From assembly GCF_006345805.1 (NCBI RefSeq), contig NC_042999.1, positions 90,768,001 to 90,832,000 of the forward strand: 64,000 nt of DNA, written 5' to 3'. Under the pieces are notes generated by a model, which made no database searches, was not told the DNA's origin, and worked only from the letters and a program-made list of their open reading frames with translations. The number at the start of each line of letters is the position of its first letter. The first letter of the stretch is position 1. The DNA comes from Octopus sinensis (Eukaryota). Below are positions 1 through 11,048 of the stretch, piece after piece. A program made the translations under genes and the position numbers.

Positions 1-1227
1 GTAGAAAATGTATTATACCGAGAAAGTAATTAGTGTTAGACTTAATCTTTGGATGACACACTGCTTACAATAGTTTATGTATTTAAGGTCAAAAATGTAA
101 AATGGAAATAAGCATACTTTTACTAGAAACTGTAAAAAATGAAGTGCCACTAATTGTTACTCTTTCAGCTTAAAACGTGTCTAATGTTTTGAACTAACAA
201 ATATGTGTCTATCCTATTCGTTGAGTGTCACTGTCGAAGTAACTGTAGTATCTGATGGCTGCTGAAATTGCATATCGCGTGTGCTGTCAAGTCATTACAT
301 GAGATAAAATGAGGGTGTTTTGCTCCTGTTTGGTTAAATCTACAATGACACGATCGGTTGAAGAAGTTACACTACATAGTAGCATTGCATGCATAATAAT
401 CTATTGAAATGATGTGTGATGGCTGTGGAAGATGTTAATAGCATTTAGCTGAAAAATTTTAATATCAGTCAAAAATGGTTTGGTATTTATTTCAGTCGTA
501 GAGTTGAGGTGAGGGTTCTGCAAGGCAAAAGCAATCTGTAAATTATATCGACATGAAAACTGTCTGTGAAAGCTTCGGAAGAGGAACTCTGTGAGACGAG
601 AGCCTTCTGTTTTTTTTTTGTTGTGATGAAAGCTGCCAGCGAAAGTTGGTCAAGTGAGTGTCATCGAGTCGGGGTTCTGAAAAGTGAGAGGAACTAATGT
701 TCTCTTAAAATGTGAGCCTTCGGTAATAGTCACTGATGGAAAGTTTCTATGAGCTAAGAGAATTCTGTTCTTCTCGTTGAGTTGAGATCAGCTGAGTACA
801 AGCTACTAGGAGAGCTTACTGATTTGTCGGAACTAGGATTACTGAAAAGTGAAGTCTGCTTCACGAATTTTGTTGGGCTGGTAATTAATTCTTCGCCGGT
901 TCGGTCTGAATCAAGGCAGTTTAGAGGCAATATTTGGTAAAAAGGATGTCGAAAACCTTTTTCAAAGGAATGCTGTCATTAGCGTTAGAAGTCTGGTGTG
1001 AGATATTTCCAAAAAGAATGATGTCACTACAATATACCCAGCATCTCATGAAGAACTAAAACATTAGCTACAAATTTATTTTTCAGGTTGCCAAGTTCGG
1101 GCAAATCATTTCCAAAAATTACAACTTCCCAAACGAACTATCAACGGGATATTTCTTTTCAAACAGTCTTTCAAAATTATACGTTCAAAACCTTCCCATA
1201 TTTTCTCAAATATACACATAACTGCAT

Positions 1228-1900
1228 ATGCTAATTTCATATCTTATTTTGCATCTGTTCTCCAAGTATAACTTTACAAATACTTCAAGCCTACATCAAC
1301 CACATGGATGCACAGCACCAAACATGCAAGCATTTGATGAATACATTATCTCTCTTCTTGATAACAGTACTGGAAAAAATACAACTATAACCGTAACACC
1401 ACTAAAGCATAAACATACGACACATGTACTCACTGCACACATCTACTCGGAGTTTATTGACGAACATTCAAACTTAGAAGACAAAAAAAGCAAAATGACA
1501 AACACCTTAATCAATCTCAAATACCATTTATGGTCGACAGAAACAAACGACCAAAGGCGGAAGAAACGTTAGCACGCCGGGTGAAATGCTTAGAAGTATT
1601 TTGTCTGCCACTACGTTCTGAGTTCAAATTCCGCCGAGGTCGACTTTGCCTTTCCTCCTTTCGGGGTCAATTAAATAAATACCAGTTACGCACTGGGGTC
1701 GATGTAATCGACTTAATCCGTTTGTCTGTCCTTGTTTGTCCCCTCTGTGTGTAGCCTCTTGTGGGCAGTAAAGAAATAAGAAACAAACGACCAAAATGGT
1801 CTACAAAAAATATATATTATGTCAGCTGAAGCAGGATATAACTAAGAAAAATGATATGTGGTTCAGGCAACTTTGATCAGAAGACTTCGAGTGTACTATA
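1228..1900 (+). pseudogene. Possible highly degenerate Penelope-like RT remnant, interrupted by a SINE
   Basis: ORF 1228-1572 has weak echoes of PLE RT motifs in the right order: NFTNTSSLHQPHGC ~ NyF..YlQ.hG; IYSEFIDE ~ RYIDD; ETNDQ|NGL ~ E.E.dn.LpFLD. Catalytic residues are not intact. Confidence 0.25.
1556..1778 (+). mobile_element. tRNA-derived SINE (family A, octopus-type), full length with 17-bp TSD
   Basis: B-box-like GTTCAAATTCC and central GCCTTTC..CCTTTCGGGGTC..TAAATA..TACCAG domain. Flanked by the direct repeat AGAAACAAACGACCAAA at 1539-1555 and 1779-1795. Homologous copies at 17049 and 49508. Confidence 0.9.
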
Positions 1901-2193
1901 AATGTACTTGATTAGAGACACTGAATCTCAGTTTACGCCTGCTGCATGACTGCAGTTCCAAAAAAGTATGTGGTTAAGAACGGTCACACTACTCTCCCTA
2001 CTTCGGTAACACAACACACGAGTAGCTTAAATGTTTCCTTTTAACGATTCTCGTGCGAGATTTATATACCCATTTAAGTGTTCTCTGATGGATACTTAGC
2101 TAAATATAAACCTCCACAGGCAAATTTTTTTTACCAAACATATCTACATATCAGAAGATCTTATATGATGAAGGCCTTGGTTTATATCTTGTA

Positions 2194-2634
2194 TCTTTTA
2201 CTTGTTTCAGTCATTAGACAGCGGACATGTTGGAGCACCGCTTTGAAGAACTTTTAGTCGAATGAAGGGACTCTAGTACTTATTGTATTGGTTTCTTTTG
2301 ATGAACCGCTGTGTTACGGGGGCGTAAACACACCATCAACAGTGGTATGGGACAGACATAGACACATACACACACGCACACACACACACATACTCACGCA
2401 CACACACACTCACGCGCACACACGTACACACACATGCACAAGCACGCACACATACACACACAAATACACATATACAACGGGTCTCTTTAAGTTTCCGTCT
2501 ACTAAATCCACTTACAAAGGTTTGGTCGGCCCGAGGTAATCGTAGAAGACACTTGCCCTCCGTGCCACGCGGTGGGACTGAACTCGGGACCATGTGACTG
2601 AAAGGCAAGCTTCTTACTACATAATCATGTCTGC
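2194..2634 (-). mobile_element. tRNA-derived SINE (family C) with internal (CA)n/(TG)n tract
   Basis: Reverse complement of the head (TGTAGTAAGAAGCTTGC..GGTCCCGAGTTCAGTCCCA..GGCAAGTGTCTTCTAC) and tail (..TGACTGAAACAAGTAAAAGA). Same bipartite layout as the copy at 38759-39111. Confidence 0.85.
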
Positions 2635-3099
2635 AATATTTTTATTTAAAAATAAAAAGATATAGCAGAACAACCTTGACGCTATTGAAAATCTAGATGA
2701 CTACATTTTTATCAAATGAAGAAAGAATACGATCAAGATTAGTTAAATGCAAATGTTTGGAATAATGATCTCAAATCAATGTGTGGTATGAGGTTTTCTA
2801 AAGAGAGTTACAATGAAAACGGAAATAGCATGAAATAGGGTTGATTTGGAAAATAAAACCTTGCCATAGAATATGTCATGCTAATTAAATGCAGATGTTA
2901 TTCCTAACCTGCATTGCCTTAGAATAATACAGATTAATTGAAAAATACCAGCCTTCAATAAAAGATTGCAGTCTTCAGTGAAAGAATACAAAGAATAAAA
3001 AAATAAAAAAATAAAAAGTAATATAATCTCTGAATATTTTTCTTCTTTGCTACCTAAATTGAAATTTTTCTTCATATTTCTATCGGGAAAGAATATGGC

Positions 3100-3600
3100 C
3101 AAATACGGATATTCAGAATTTCTAAAGTAATAATATGGCAGCAATGTGAATGTTATAAGATTCCTCACATCAAATATGCATAAGAAAGAGTTGATAGTCC
3201 GCTGTTTAGACTATGGGCGAGTAAATAAGATGCCCGGAGACAGCGTAGATATATGGTCAAGAAATTGGATGCTGTTACGACCGTGTTGGTGAGATGTTCG
3301 TTTTACACCTACCTGATGCTGGGTTCGGCATATTGTAAGAAACCGTGTGCAAGTCTCTAACATAATTTCTAGTTGATGAATGTCTTGCGATTTGAACAGT
3401 GAAATTCGGTAGAAAGAAACTGAGCTCGTCGTGTACTCTTCTGTCGTAGACGTCCGATGGAAGTTCTGCAATTACCTGCTGAACAGATGACTTGTTCACA
3501 GTGACCAAATCGGTATGCTGTACATAGGCTCACTCTTTTCATGAAATCGACATTGCCTGTGCAGATGTACTTTGTATCACACATCAAGTGGTGATAGCGG
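3100..3600 (-). pseudogene. Degenerate Penelope-like reverse transcriptase fragment
   Basis: Minus-strand motifs in PLE order: QSTSAQAMS (~Q..GtAMG), RVHDE (~RYIDD), NSIQFLDHISTLSPGILFTRP*SK (~sipFLDv.itl..g.lsT.lYsKp), FRNSEYP (~F..rgYP). Stops and frameshifts present. Confidence 0.45.
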
Positions 3601-3809
3601 AACAACGTAAGATAAATCGTTTTACTCAAGAAGACGACTCATAACCTGATCCGGATTCAAAACCACGATATATGCAATCATGAGTGTAGCAACCCCTTAG
3701 CCACGCTCCCCCACTGTTAGTACATATACATAAATACGTACATACAAACGTATACATATACGAACAAACGTACATTCATGTATGTAAGTATGTACAGTTT
3801 TTCTCTCTC

Positions 3810-3944
3810 TATGTATGTATGTATGTATGTATGTATGTATGTATGTATGTATGTATGTATGTATGTATGTATGAATGCATGTATGTATGTATGTATGTAT
3901 GTATGTATGAATGTATGTATGTATGCATGTATGTATGTATGTAT
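3810..3944. repeat. (TATG)n microsatellite
   Basis: Direct reading. Confidence 0.95.
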
Positions 3945-4563
3945 GGAGAGTTAGCTAAAGGAGAACGACCTCCACATAAACCAAAAAAGAGGTATAAGCA
4001 CTTGCTGAAGGTTTCCTTAGGAGATGCTTGCATCTCTCCTGACACATGGGAAGGCATAGCTATTGATCGTAGCAGGTGGAGAAGGATTGTGCATGAGGGG
4101 ACAGCCACGTTTGAGAAATCTCGAGTTGCACATGAGAAAGTAAGGAAGGATGTCAGGAAAGGCATCGCTGTTACACTTCCAGAAGGGAAGGGTCTTCCTT
4201 TGATTCTGACATACAATGTTTGTGCAAGACCCTGCCTCAGTAAAGCTGGACTCATGAGTCATCTTCGTAGTCATAAAACGAGACAGATGAGTGACAACTT
4301 GGCCACTGGTGGTGGTGTAACACACCATACTAATCATATCTGTCGGGCATGTGGAAGAGAGTGTAATTCGGCAGGAGGACTTAAACGACATGCAAAGGTA
4401 CATGAAGCCCAGTTACAACTACAGCCGGCTATTACCAGTAAAGGTTTTGGTTGCCAATTTTGTACAAGACATTGTAGATCTTTAGCTGGGCTAAAAAGTC
4501 ACAGCACCAGTAACAGTTAAGCTTCGTGCAATGGCCATATTCGATAACGAGGGGGCATCCATA
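3942..4563 (+). mobile_element. 5'-truncated RTE-clade LINE 3' end: C-terminal ORF with C2H2 zinc fingers, short 3' UTR and (ATGT)n tail
   Basis: ORF 3819-4520 contains YGELAKGERPPHKPKKRYK..WEGIAIDRSRWRRIVHEG..FE, the typical RTE/BovB C-terminus. It is followed by CARPCLSKAGLMSHLRSH, CRACGRECNSAGGLKRHAKVH and CQFCTRHCRSLAGLKSH. Confidence 0.85.
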
Positions 4564-4683
4564 ATGTATGTATGTATGTATGTATGTATGTATGTATGTA
4601 TGTATGTATGTATGTATGTATGTATGTATGCATGTATGTATGTATGCATGTATGTATGTATATGTATGTATGTATATATCTAT

Positions 4684-4764
<81 letters not shown>
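4564..4764. repeat. Compound (TATG)n-(TATC)n microsatellite
   Basis: Direct reading. Confidence 0.95.
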
Positions 4765-4974
4765 AATGTATGTGTGTGTATAGATACATACATAGAAAAA
4801 TAATGAATCAGAAGTCATGCAACCGTCTAAGGGATAAATGTATCCGTAGGCACTACTGGTGTATTACCTAACTATGTATAGGCCTTGCTATAAGGTTAAC
4901 AGCAGTTGGTAATTTAAATGGTAAACCGTGATTTAGTATATTCCGATAAGAGAAGAAATGGAGCAACAATTAAC

Positions 4975-5095
4975 AATTAGAAGTTGATCGTCGGTATTAA
5001 ATGGTCATAGTTTAATTGTAGTTAAAATAACATTTACATTTATTTCAACTACAATTAAACTATGACCATTTAATACCAATGATCAACTTTTAATT
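4975..5095. repeat. Long fold-back hairpin (~55 bp arms, ~8 nt loop)
   Basis: Perfect 31-bp core GGTATTAAATGGTCATAGTTTAATTGTAGTT / AACTACAATTAAACTATGACCATTTAATACC, extended by AAGTTGATC/GATCAACTT. Confidence 0.9.
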
Positions 5096-5291
5096 TATTA
5101 TTGGTCCATTTTTTTTCTTATCTGAATATATACATACATACACAAAGGAAGGTGTATTTCTTAAGTACGTTGCCTTATAGTGATTTGGAATTTTGTCAGT
5201 CATTAAGTATAGTGCTTTAGTAGCTTTAGAGTTATTTTAACTCTTTTTATAGCATAAGCGGTGTTAGTCAGCACCTTCTGTCACATTTGTG

Positions 5292-5294
<3 letters not shown>

Positions 5295-5335
<41 letters not shown>

Positions 5336-5368
5336 ATATATATATATATGTGTGTGTGTGTATGTGTA
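5295..5368. repeat. Compound (CT)n(TA)n(TG)n microsatellite
   Basis: Direct reading. Confidence 0.9.
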
Positions 5369-6145
5369 CACCGAGAATGTCTGTTAAATTTCCATGTGTT
5401 TGTATTGTCATTAGATACTTTCATATTGACCAAAGAAGCCTACATGATTCAGTTGATAAAAATCAATAAAATTTAACCAATAAGAGAAGATTAAAAGAAT
5501 AGTAAATAGTAGCAGCAGTACCCGGTGTTACTCGGATTTGTTCATATTCGATATAAACATAACCACTGCTTTAAAATGATGCTAACAATTTACTGAGACT
5601 TGTATTTTAGCAATTCAGAATATAATTTATTTTGAAAAGCAATTCAGACGTTTGAAAATGCAATAAATATTAACTAATAAATATATAAAACTGTAGAACT
5701 AAAAGATACAAATTTAATCTTTTTTTGTTTTTGAAAAAAAACATGTTTTTTTTATTTATTGTAGTAATTTATATAATTACTTTAAATATATTATATGTTT
5801 CTCTGTAACTCCACCCACTATCTATTGATGAGTTTGAATGCATCTTATTTCTAAATTTCCTTTATTTAGAAAATGTCAGAAAAAAATTACATAGCTCCTG
5901 ACCTTCCCCTTGGAAAATATTTCTTTATGCAAAATGTCAGCTAATAGTGTACTTTATAAATTGCAAGATACGTTCACTGTTATATATTACTATTAAATGT
6001 AAACGATTATAAGTTAACAATACAATACTGATGTTGGTTGACTACTTTCCTATTGCACATTACCATTATAATTGTATACATTCTTGTTTTCGTTTGAAGT
6101 AATTTCTTCGTTTGGATCGAAATACACGCTTTCGTAGAATTATAT

Positions 6146-6372
6146 TTATCTCCTTAGTTTTCGCATTTTTCTGTCAAAATTAATGTTTATTTCTTCAAAT
6201 GTCTTAAATTAATCATGCATTATCATGTAGCTTTCAGGTCTTAATGAGATAACTGCTAAATTTTAGAATGATATTGTAGGGTAAGTGTGTGAGGCCACAT
6301 CTGGCCAGATTAAATATGAAACAGTGAGAATATTTGGGCCAGATATTGCTGGTTGAAATACTAAAGGGTTAT
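6146..6372. mobile_element. Degenerate ~230 bp MITE with piggyBac-like (TTAA-CCCTTTAG) termini
   Basis: Right end ..ATACTAAAGGGTTA; decayed left end TTATCTCCTTAG. The internal TTAGAATGATATTGTAGGGTA..GGCCAGAT resembles an abundant octopus MITE as I recall it. Confidence 0.5.
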
Positions 6373-6899
6373 AAAAACGATTTGAGTTCAGCACTATAAT
6401 GTAACGAAACTCAAATCGGATAGATAGTATCTCTTGCAAATTCATTTTCTTTTTGTACGTAATCGCATTTAGCTATACCGCAATAAATAACTACATTAAA
6501 GTTGTAGTGCATCACCTGAGAAAGGATACAAACTGTGGTTACTGGAAATAGGCCAATATTTTATTTACTCGGCCCAATATGGTTCTATTCGTGTAACAAG
6601 AAACTTGATTAAGATATATCAAAGTATCTATACTATATTGTTAGTGGTTGTAACAAGATATAAGAGTGTGTAGTATATTTTGTTGCGCAACTACATGTGG
6701 TTCTTCATCGAGAAAATTTACGTAGTTATCTGAGTATACTGCTATATTTTGTCATATTTTAGTGCATTTAAGCTTTAGAAAGACAATTACCGTTAAAAAT
6801 GAAATCGTTCAGAGCCATGCAATTACAGGTCGTGGGAGAGGCAACAATATTGTTGCTAGAAAGGCTTCTAGAAATTAATGATTAAATGAACTTCCAATA

Positions 6900-7596
6900 G
6901 CCTGTGTAGAAGCAGGTCAAATTTGTGAGAGAGTTCTCTAGACATTCACCAACAGCAATGCAGACTTGGACATGATACAAAAAATTCAAAGAGGAAGGCT
7001 GTCTATGCACGGCAAAAGGATCTGGACGATCACTAACAGACGGTCGAGCGGGTTCACCAAAAGCTCTTGCAAAGCCCCAGAAGTCCATAAGAAGAACAAG
7101 TCAAGAAACCTAGATTCCTCCAACGACAGTTTGGTGCGTCATGAGGAAACGCTTGCTAATGAAACCCTACAAGCTGCAGCTCGTTCAGGCTATAACGGCA
7201 GATGGCAAGCGAAAGCGCAAACAATTCTATGTTGATATGCAAGAGAAACTTGAAGAAGCTGAGCTCATGTAACGTCTTGTTTTCAGTGATGAGGCCACTT
7301 CTCATACGAATGGAAAAGTCAATAAGCATAATGTTCGCATTTGGGGCGAAGAAAATCCCTATACCACAACTGAGCATGGGAGTGGCTCAACAAAAGTGAA
7401 TGTGTTCAGCACCATCTCCAAGAAGCATCGTCATGGCCCGTTTTTGTGAAATCGTTCATGGAATCCACATACCTTTGGAGGAATATATTTTAGGTTGCTC
7501 AATATTAAGCCTATTTAGTTTCATTTGCTTTGACTATGTAGTTTCTGTGATATTTACATCTCAAATGATATCAAATTTTTTGAAACATCCTGTGTA
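6900..7596 (+). mobile_element. Internally deleted IS630/Tc1/mariner transposon (rosa/DD41D-like; DUF4817-type N-terminus)
   Basis: Frameshifted ORF: YKKFKEEGCLC..GSGR..TTVWCVMRKRLLMKPYKLQLVQAI..LVFSDEATSHTNGKVNKHNVRIWGEENP..KVNVFSTIS..GPFF. Right TIR-like end GAAACATCCTGTGTA. Second and third catalytic residues are missing. Confidence 0.8.
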
Positions 7597-7629
7597 TGTG
7601 TGTGTGTGACTCCTAATCTTGTTTTATTT

Positions 7630-9145
7630 GCATCACTATCTGCATATCAGCTCAAATGAATTTCTCTTATGGCCACACTTTACTCCGTGGATCTAGTCCA
7701 CAAGAAAGATTCCGGGGTCTAAATTCACTGTACTCGTTGCGAAATCTCACCTTACCGAAAGAATCATGGTACATGGCTTGTACAGCTCTCACTAACCACT
7801 CATCTATCCATAGTTTCCGCATCAACCAACAGATACGGGATCGGGGGACCCTGTCAAAAAGCTTTCTCCATGTCAACGAAAGCCAGGCACAAAGGTTTAT
7901 CTTTGGCTAGGTATTTCTCTTGCAGCTGTCTTACCAGAAATGTAGCATCAGTGGAGCTTTTCCCTGGCACAACCGAAACTGCACCTCTTCTTGACTGACT
8001 CTCTCTAATTAGTTGGGCTATAGCCCTTTCCGTGACTTTCATTACCTGATCCAACAACTAGAAACCTCTGTAATTATTCGTATCTAATACATCACCTTTA
8101 CCTTTGTAGGAGTTGACTATGGTGCTGTTACACCAGGTATTGGGTATGACTCTTTCATGTGTCACCTGGTTGAGTATATGGGTGACTAGACTATAGCCGA
8201 CACCGCCATATATATTAAGCATCTCTGCGGTGAATCCTGATGGGCCGGAGGCTTTCTCTGTTTTCATACCCTTAATTGCATTATCTATCAAGGTACTGTG
8301 AATTCGGATAGCTGTTAGGTCGACATTCGGCAGACTCTCTTTCTCCCACTCATTGTCTTCATTTAGCAACCTTTCATAGTGGAGTCTCCAAGTCTCTCTC
8401 CTTGCAGCCTCATTAAATGCAAGTTAGCCATCATCCGTGCAAACACATTTCTCTCCTATGACATAATAAATCTCTCTCACACACTGTCTTGCAACACGAA
8501 ACACTTCAAGTCTTTGGTGTTCACGACACAGAACATTGGCAAATTTTTCTTATCTGCTTCCCTTCTGGCTAAGTAAACCTGTCTCCTTGCTTCCCTTCTG
8601 GCCATCTGGTACTACTCTCTGTTACCACCGTTATTCCAGTCCTTCCATGCTTGTTTCTTTTCCCTAATGGCCCTGTCAACTAAATTGTTCCACCACCACG
8701 TTACCTTGGATCGAGATGGGACTTTGCACCATCTACAGATGTGGTCAGTAGCCCTCATTCGGTTGTCCCATAGAAACCTGCAGTTGTCTTCCACATCATG
8801 TAATGCTATATCCCCCTCTATTTTGTCAAAAGCTTCGAGTAGTATGTCTCTAAATCTCTGTCCAGTCACAGGATACTTAAGCTTCCAGACCCTTCCTATC
8901 CATGCTGGTCGTCTTCTGGGCATCCATTTAGCTCTGATCCTGAAGTCGCTAACTACTAATCTATGTTGTGTGGTGAATCCTTCACCTGGGAAAATTTGGC
9001 ATTTATAAGTAGTCATCTTTCCCGTTTCCTGGCGAGGATGTAATCAATTTGACTAGTGTGTTCACCAGATGGGTAGGTGAATAGGTGCTTGGCAGGTTTC
9101 CTGAAGTTAGTATTACAAACCATAAGATCATTCGCATCACAAAAT
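7630..9145 (-). mobile_element. RTE-clade LINE fragment (end of APE endonuclease through RT core), frameshifted
   Basis: ORFs 8612-9016 (TQHRLVVSDFRI..VTWWWN), 8058-8369 (KASGPSGFTAEML..YKGKGD..NYRG), 7854-8057 (STDATFLVRQLQEKYLAKDKPLCLAFVDMEKAF), 7667-7876 (WLVRAVQAMY). A decayed YADD (YADS) lies near 7645. Confidence 0.92.
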
Positions 9146-9515
9146 ATATGCACATATACAAATTAGTTATAAAGATTCAGTAGAATCTAGGTACGTTAGC
9201 ACGCAGGTGGCAAAGAGTTCACAATGTGGTAAACAACAATAAAGTTATCAAGTGTCGGTAGGATACTATAGATATGTAAGTACGAAATTTAAACCGTTGA
9301 TCCGACTCTGGATTTGGCTCCATGGGTGGCTTAGTTATGAAAAGAGAACACAGATTAGCGTCTAAAATTTTTGATAGCTCTTTCAGTACAATTTTGTTGA
9401 TATGTTCAATAAAATTGTACCGAAACAGCTGTCGTACATTTTAAGCGACTATACACAATGTAAAACCAAAAAGGAAAAAATCTATTGTCACTGGTTCTGT
9501 GATAGCACCTGGATC

Positions 9516-9631
9516 GCTAGAAATAAGAGTTAAAAAGCTTTCACAGCCACAGAAAGCACTATTTCATATACAGACTGTATATAAAAATGTGCTTTCTGCG
9601 TGTTTCAGGGGTCTTAGCTCTTATTTCTAGC
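9516..9631. repeat. Nested palindromic element (small MITE-like)
   Basis: GCTAGAAATAAGAGTTAA / TTAGCTCTTATTTCTAGC outer arms, ACAGAAAGCAC / GTGCTTTCTG middle arms, TATACAG-A-CTGTATA centre. Confidence 0.75.
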
Positions 9632-9712
9632 AATGTAAGTACTATCCTGCACCTTTAGTCACAGTTAATGACAGTTATGTGTGTGTGTGGGGGGGTATAC
9701 ATATATACAAAA

Positions 9713-9772
<60 letters not shown>

Positions 9773-9785
9773 GGAAAACACAAAA

Positions 9786-9893
9786 TGGAGATAAAATTGA
9801 TGAATAGTAATTGATGTGCACCAATTATATTTTATTAATTAATTACACAAAGACAAAATCTCATCTTACTGCTGTTTCCGTTGGCGCCGTTCC
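9786..9893 (-). mobile_element. Penelope-like 3' terminal fragment carrying the 3' half of a hammerhead motif
   Basis: Minus strand reads ..GAAA-CAGCAGT-A-AGATGAG (cf. GAAACAGCTGTA). The CUGANGA half is absent, replaced by (TA)n at 9894. Confidence 0.45.
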
Positions 9894-10178
9894 TATATAT
9901 ATATATATATATGTAAGATCCAGGGATCGAGGTGTAGGGAGAAGGTTAGCTGTAAGCAATCCGTAGTAAATATGAAAAAACAATTTTCAGGGACAATAGT
10001 GATTTATTGAGACGGAAGTTTGTGGCTTTTCTTTTCGTATTGAAGTACGTTAAACTGAAAAAGGTTATTTTTATATTTCACAGTAGGCGACCAGGGTTGC
10101 CGGGTATACGAATAAGAATACAAAAATTACAGAATGGAGTAAATAAAATCCAGGCTACAAATGTTACATAGCCAGAAG

Positions 10179-10277
10179 AACCTCAGAAGCGGTAAATATC
10201 CAGACGAAATGTATACCGCAAGCTAAAGAGTACCCTGTGGTATACACCTCGCCTGGATATTTACCACTTCTGAGGTT
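10179..10277. repeat. 99-nt imperfect hairpin
   Basis: AACCTCAGAAGCGGTAAATATCCAGACGA pairs with TCGCCTGGATATTTACCACTTCTGAGGTT (27/29). Inner GTATACCGCA/TGTGGTATAC, 15-nt loop. Confidence 0.85.
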
Positions 10278-10341
10278 TCGCTCGTTATGAAACATATGTA
10301 GTCCAGATCTTATCCACTCCATTCCGTAAATCTTGTGCGTG

Positions 10342-10401
<60 letters not shown>

Positions 10402-10408
10402 ATATATA

Positions 10409-10991
10409 TATTATATAGAGGGCATTATTACTATTCATAAATGTCACACGCTAGGAGGGACTCTGAAAGTAAAAACTACCAAAATAAATAAACACAATAT
10501 TTTGGTTGTTTTGACTTTAAGAGTCCCTCCTAGCGTGTGGTATTTGTGCATAGTAATGCCCTCTATATAATATAAATAAATATGTCTAAGTGAGAAAATT
10601 GGTGGATATTTTTCTCTTATGACGTTTTTCACGCTAACTATTTGATAAATTCTTATAAAGATTTTATCCTATTTTTAAGTTGTATATATATACATATATA
10701 TAATATATATATATATATATTATATAGAGGGCATTATTACTATTCATAAATGTCACACGCTAGGAGGGACTCTGAAAGTAAAAACTACCAAAATAAATAA
10801 ACACAATATTTTGGTTGTTTTGACTTTAAGAGTCCCTCCTAGCGTGTGGTATTTATGCATAGTAATGCCCTCTATATAATATAAATAAATATGTCTAAGT
10901 GAGAAAATTGGTGGATATTTTTCTCTTATGACGTTTTTCACGCTAACTATTTGATAAATTCTTATAAAGATTTTATCCTATTTTTAAGTTG

Positions 10992-11000
<9 letters not shown>
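10409..11000. repeat. Tandem duplication (period 309 bp) of a unit containing a 164-bp fold-back
   Basis: Identical ORFs at 10444 and 10753. Palindromes at 10409-10572 and 10718-10881 with arms TATATAGAGGGCATTA..CACACGCTAGGAGGGACTCT / AGAGTCCCTCCTAGCGTGTG..TAATGCCCTCTATATA. Confidence 0.92.
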
Positions 11001-11048
<48 letters not shown>

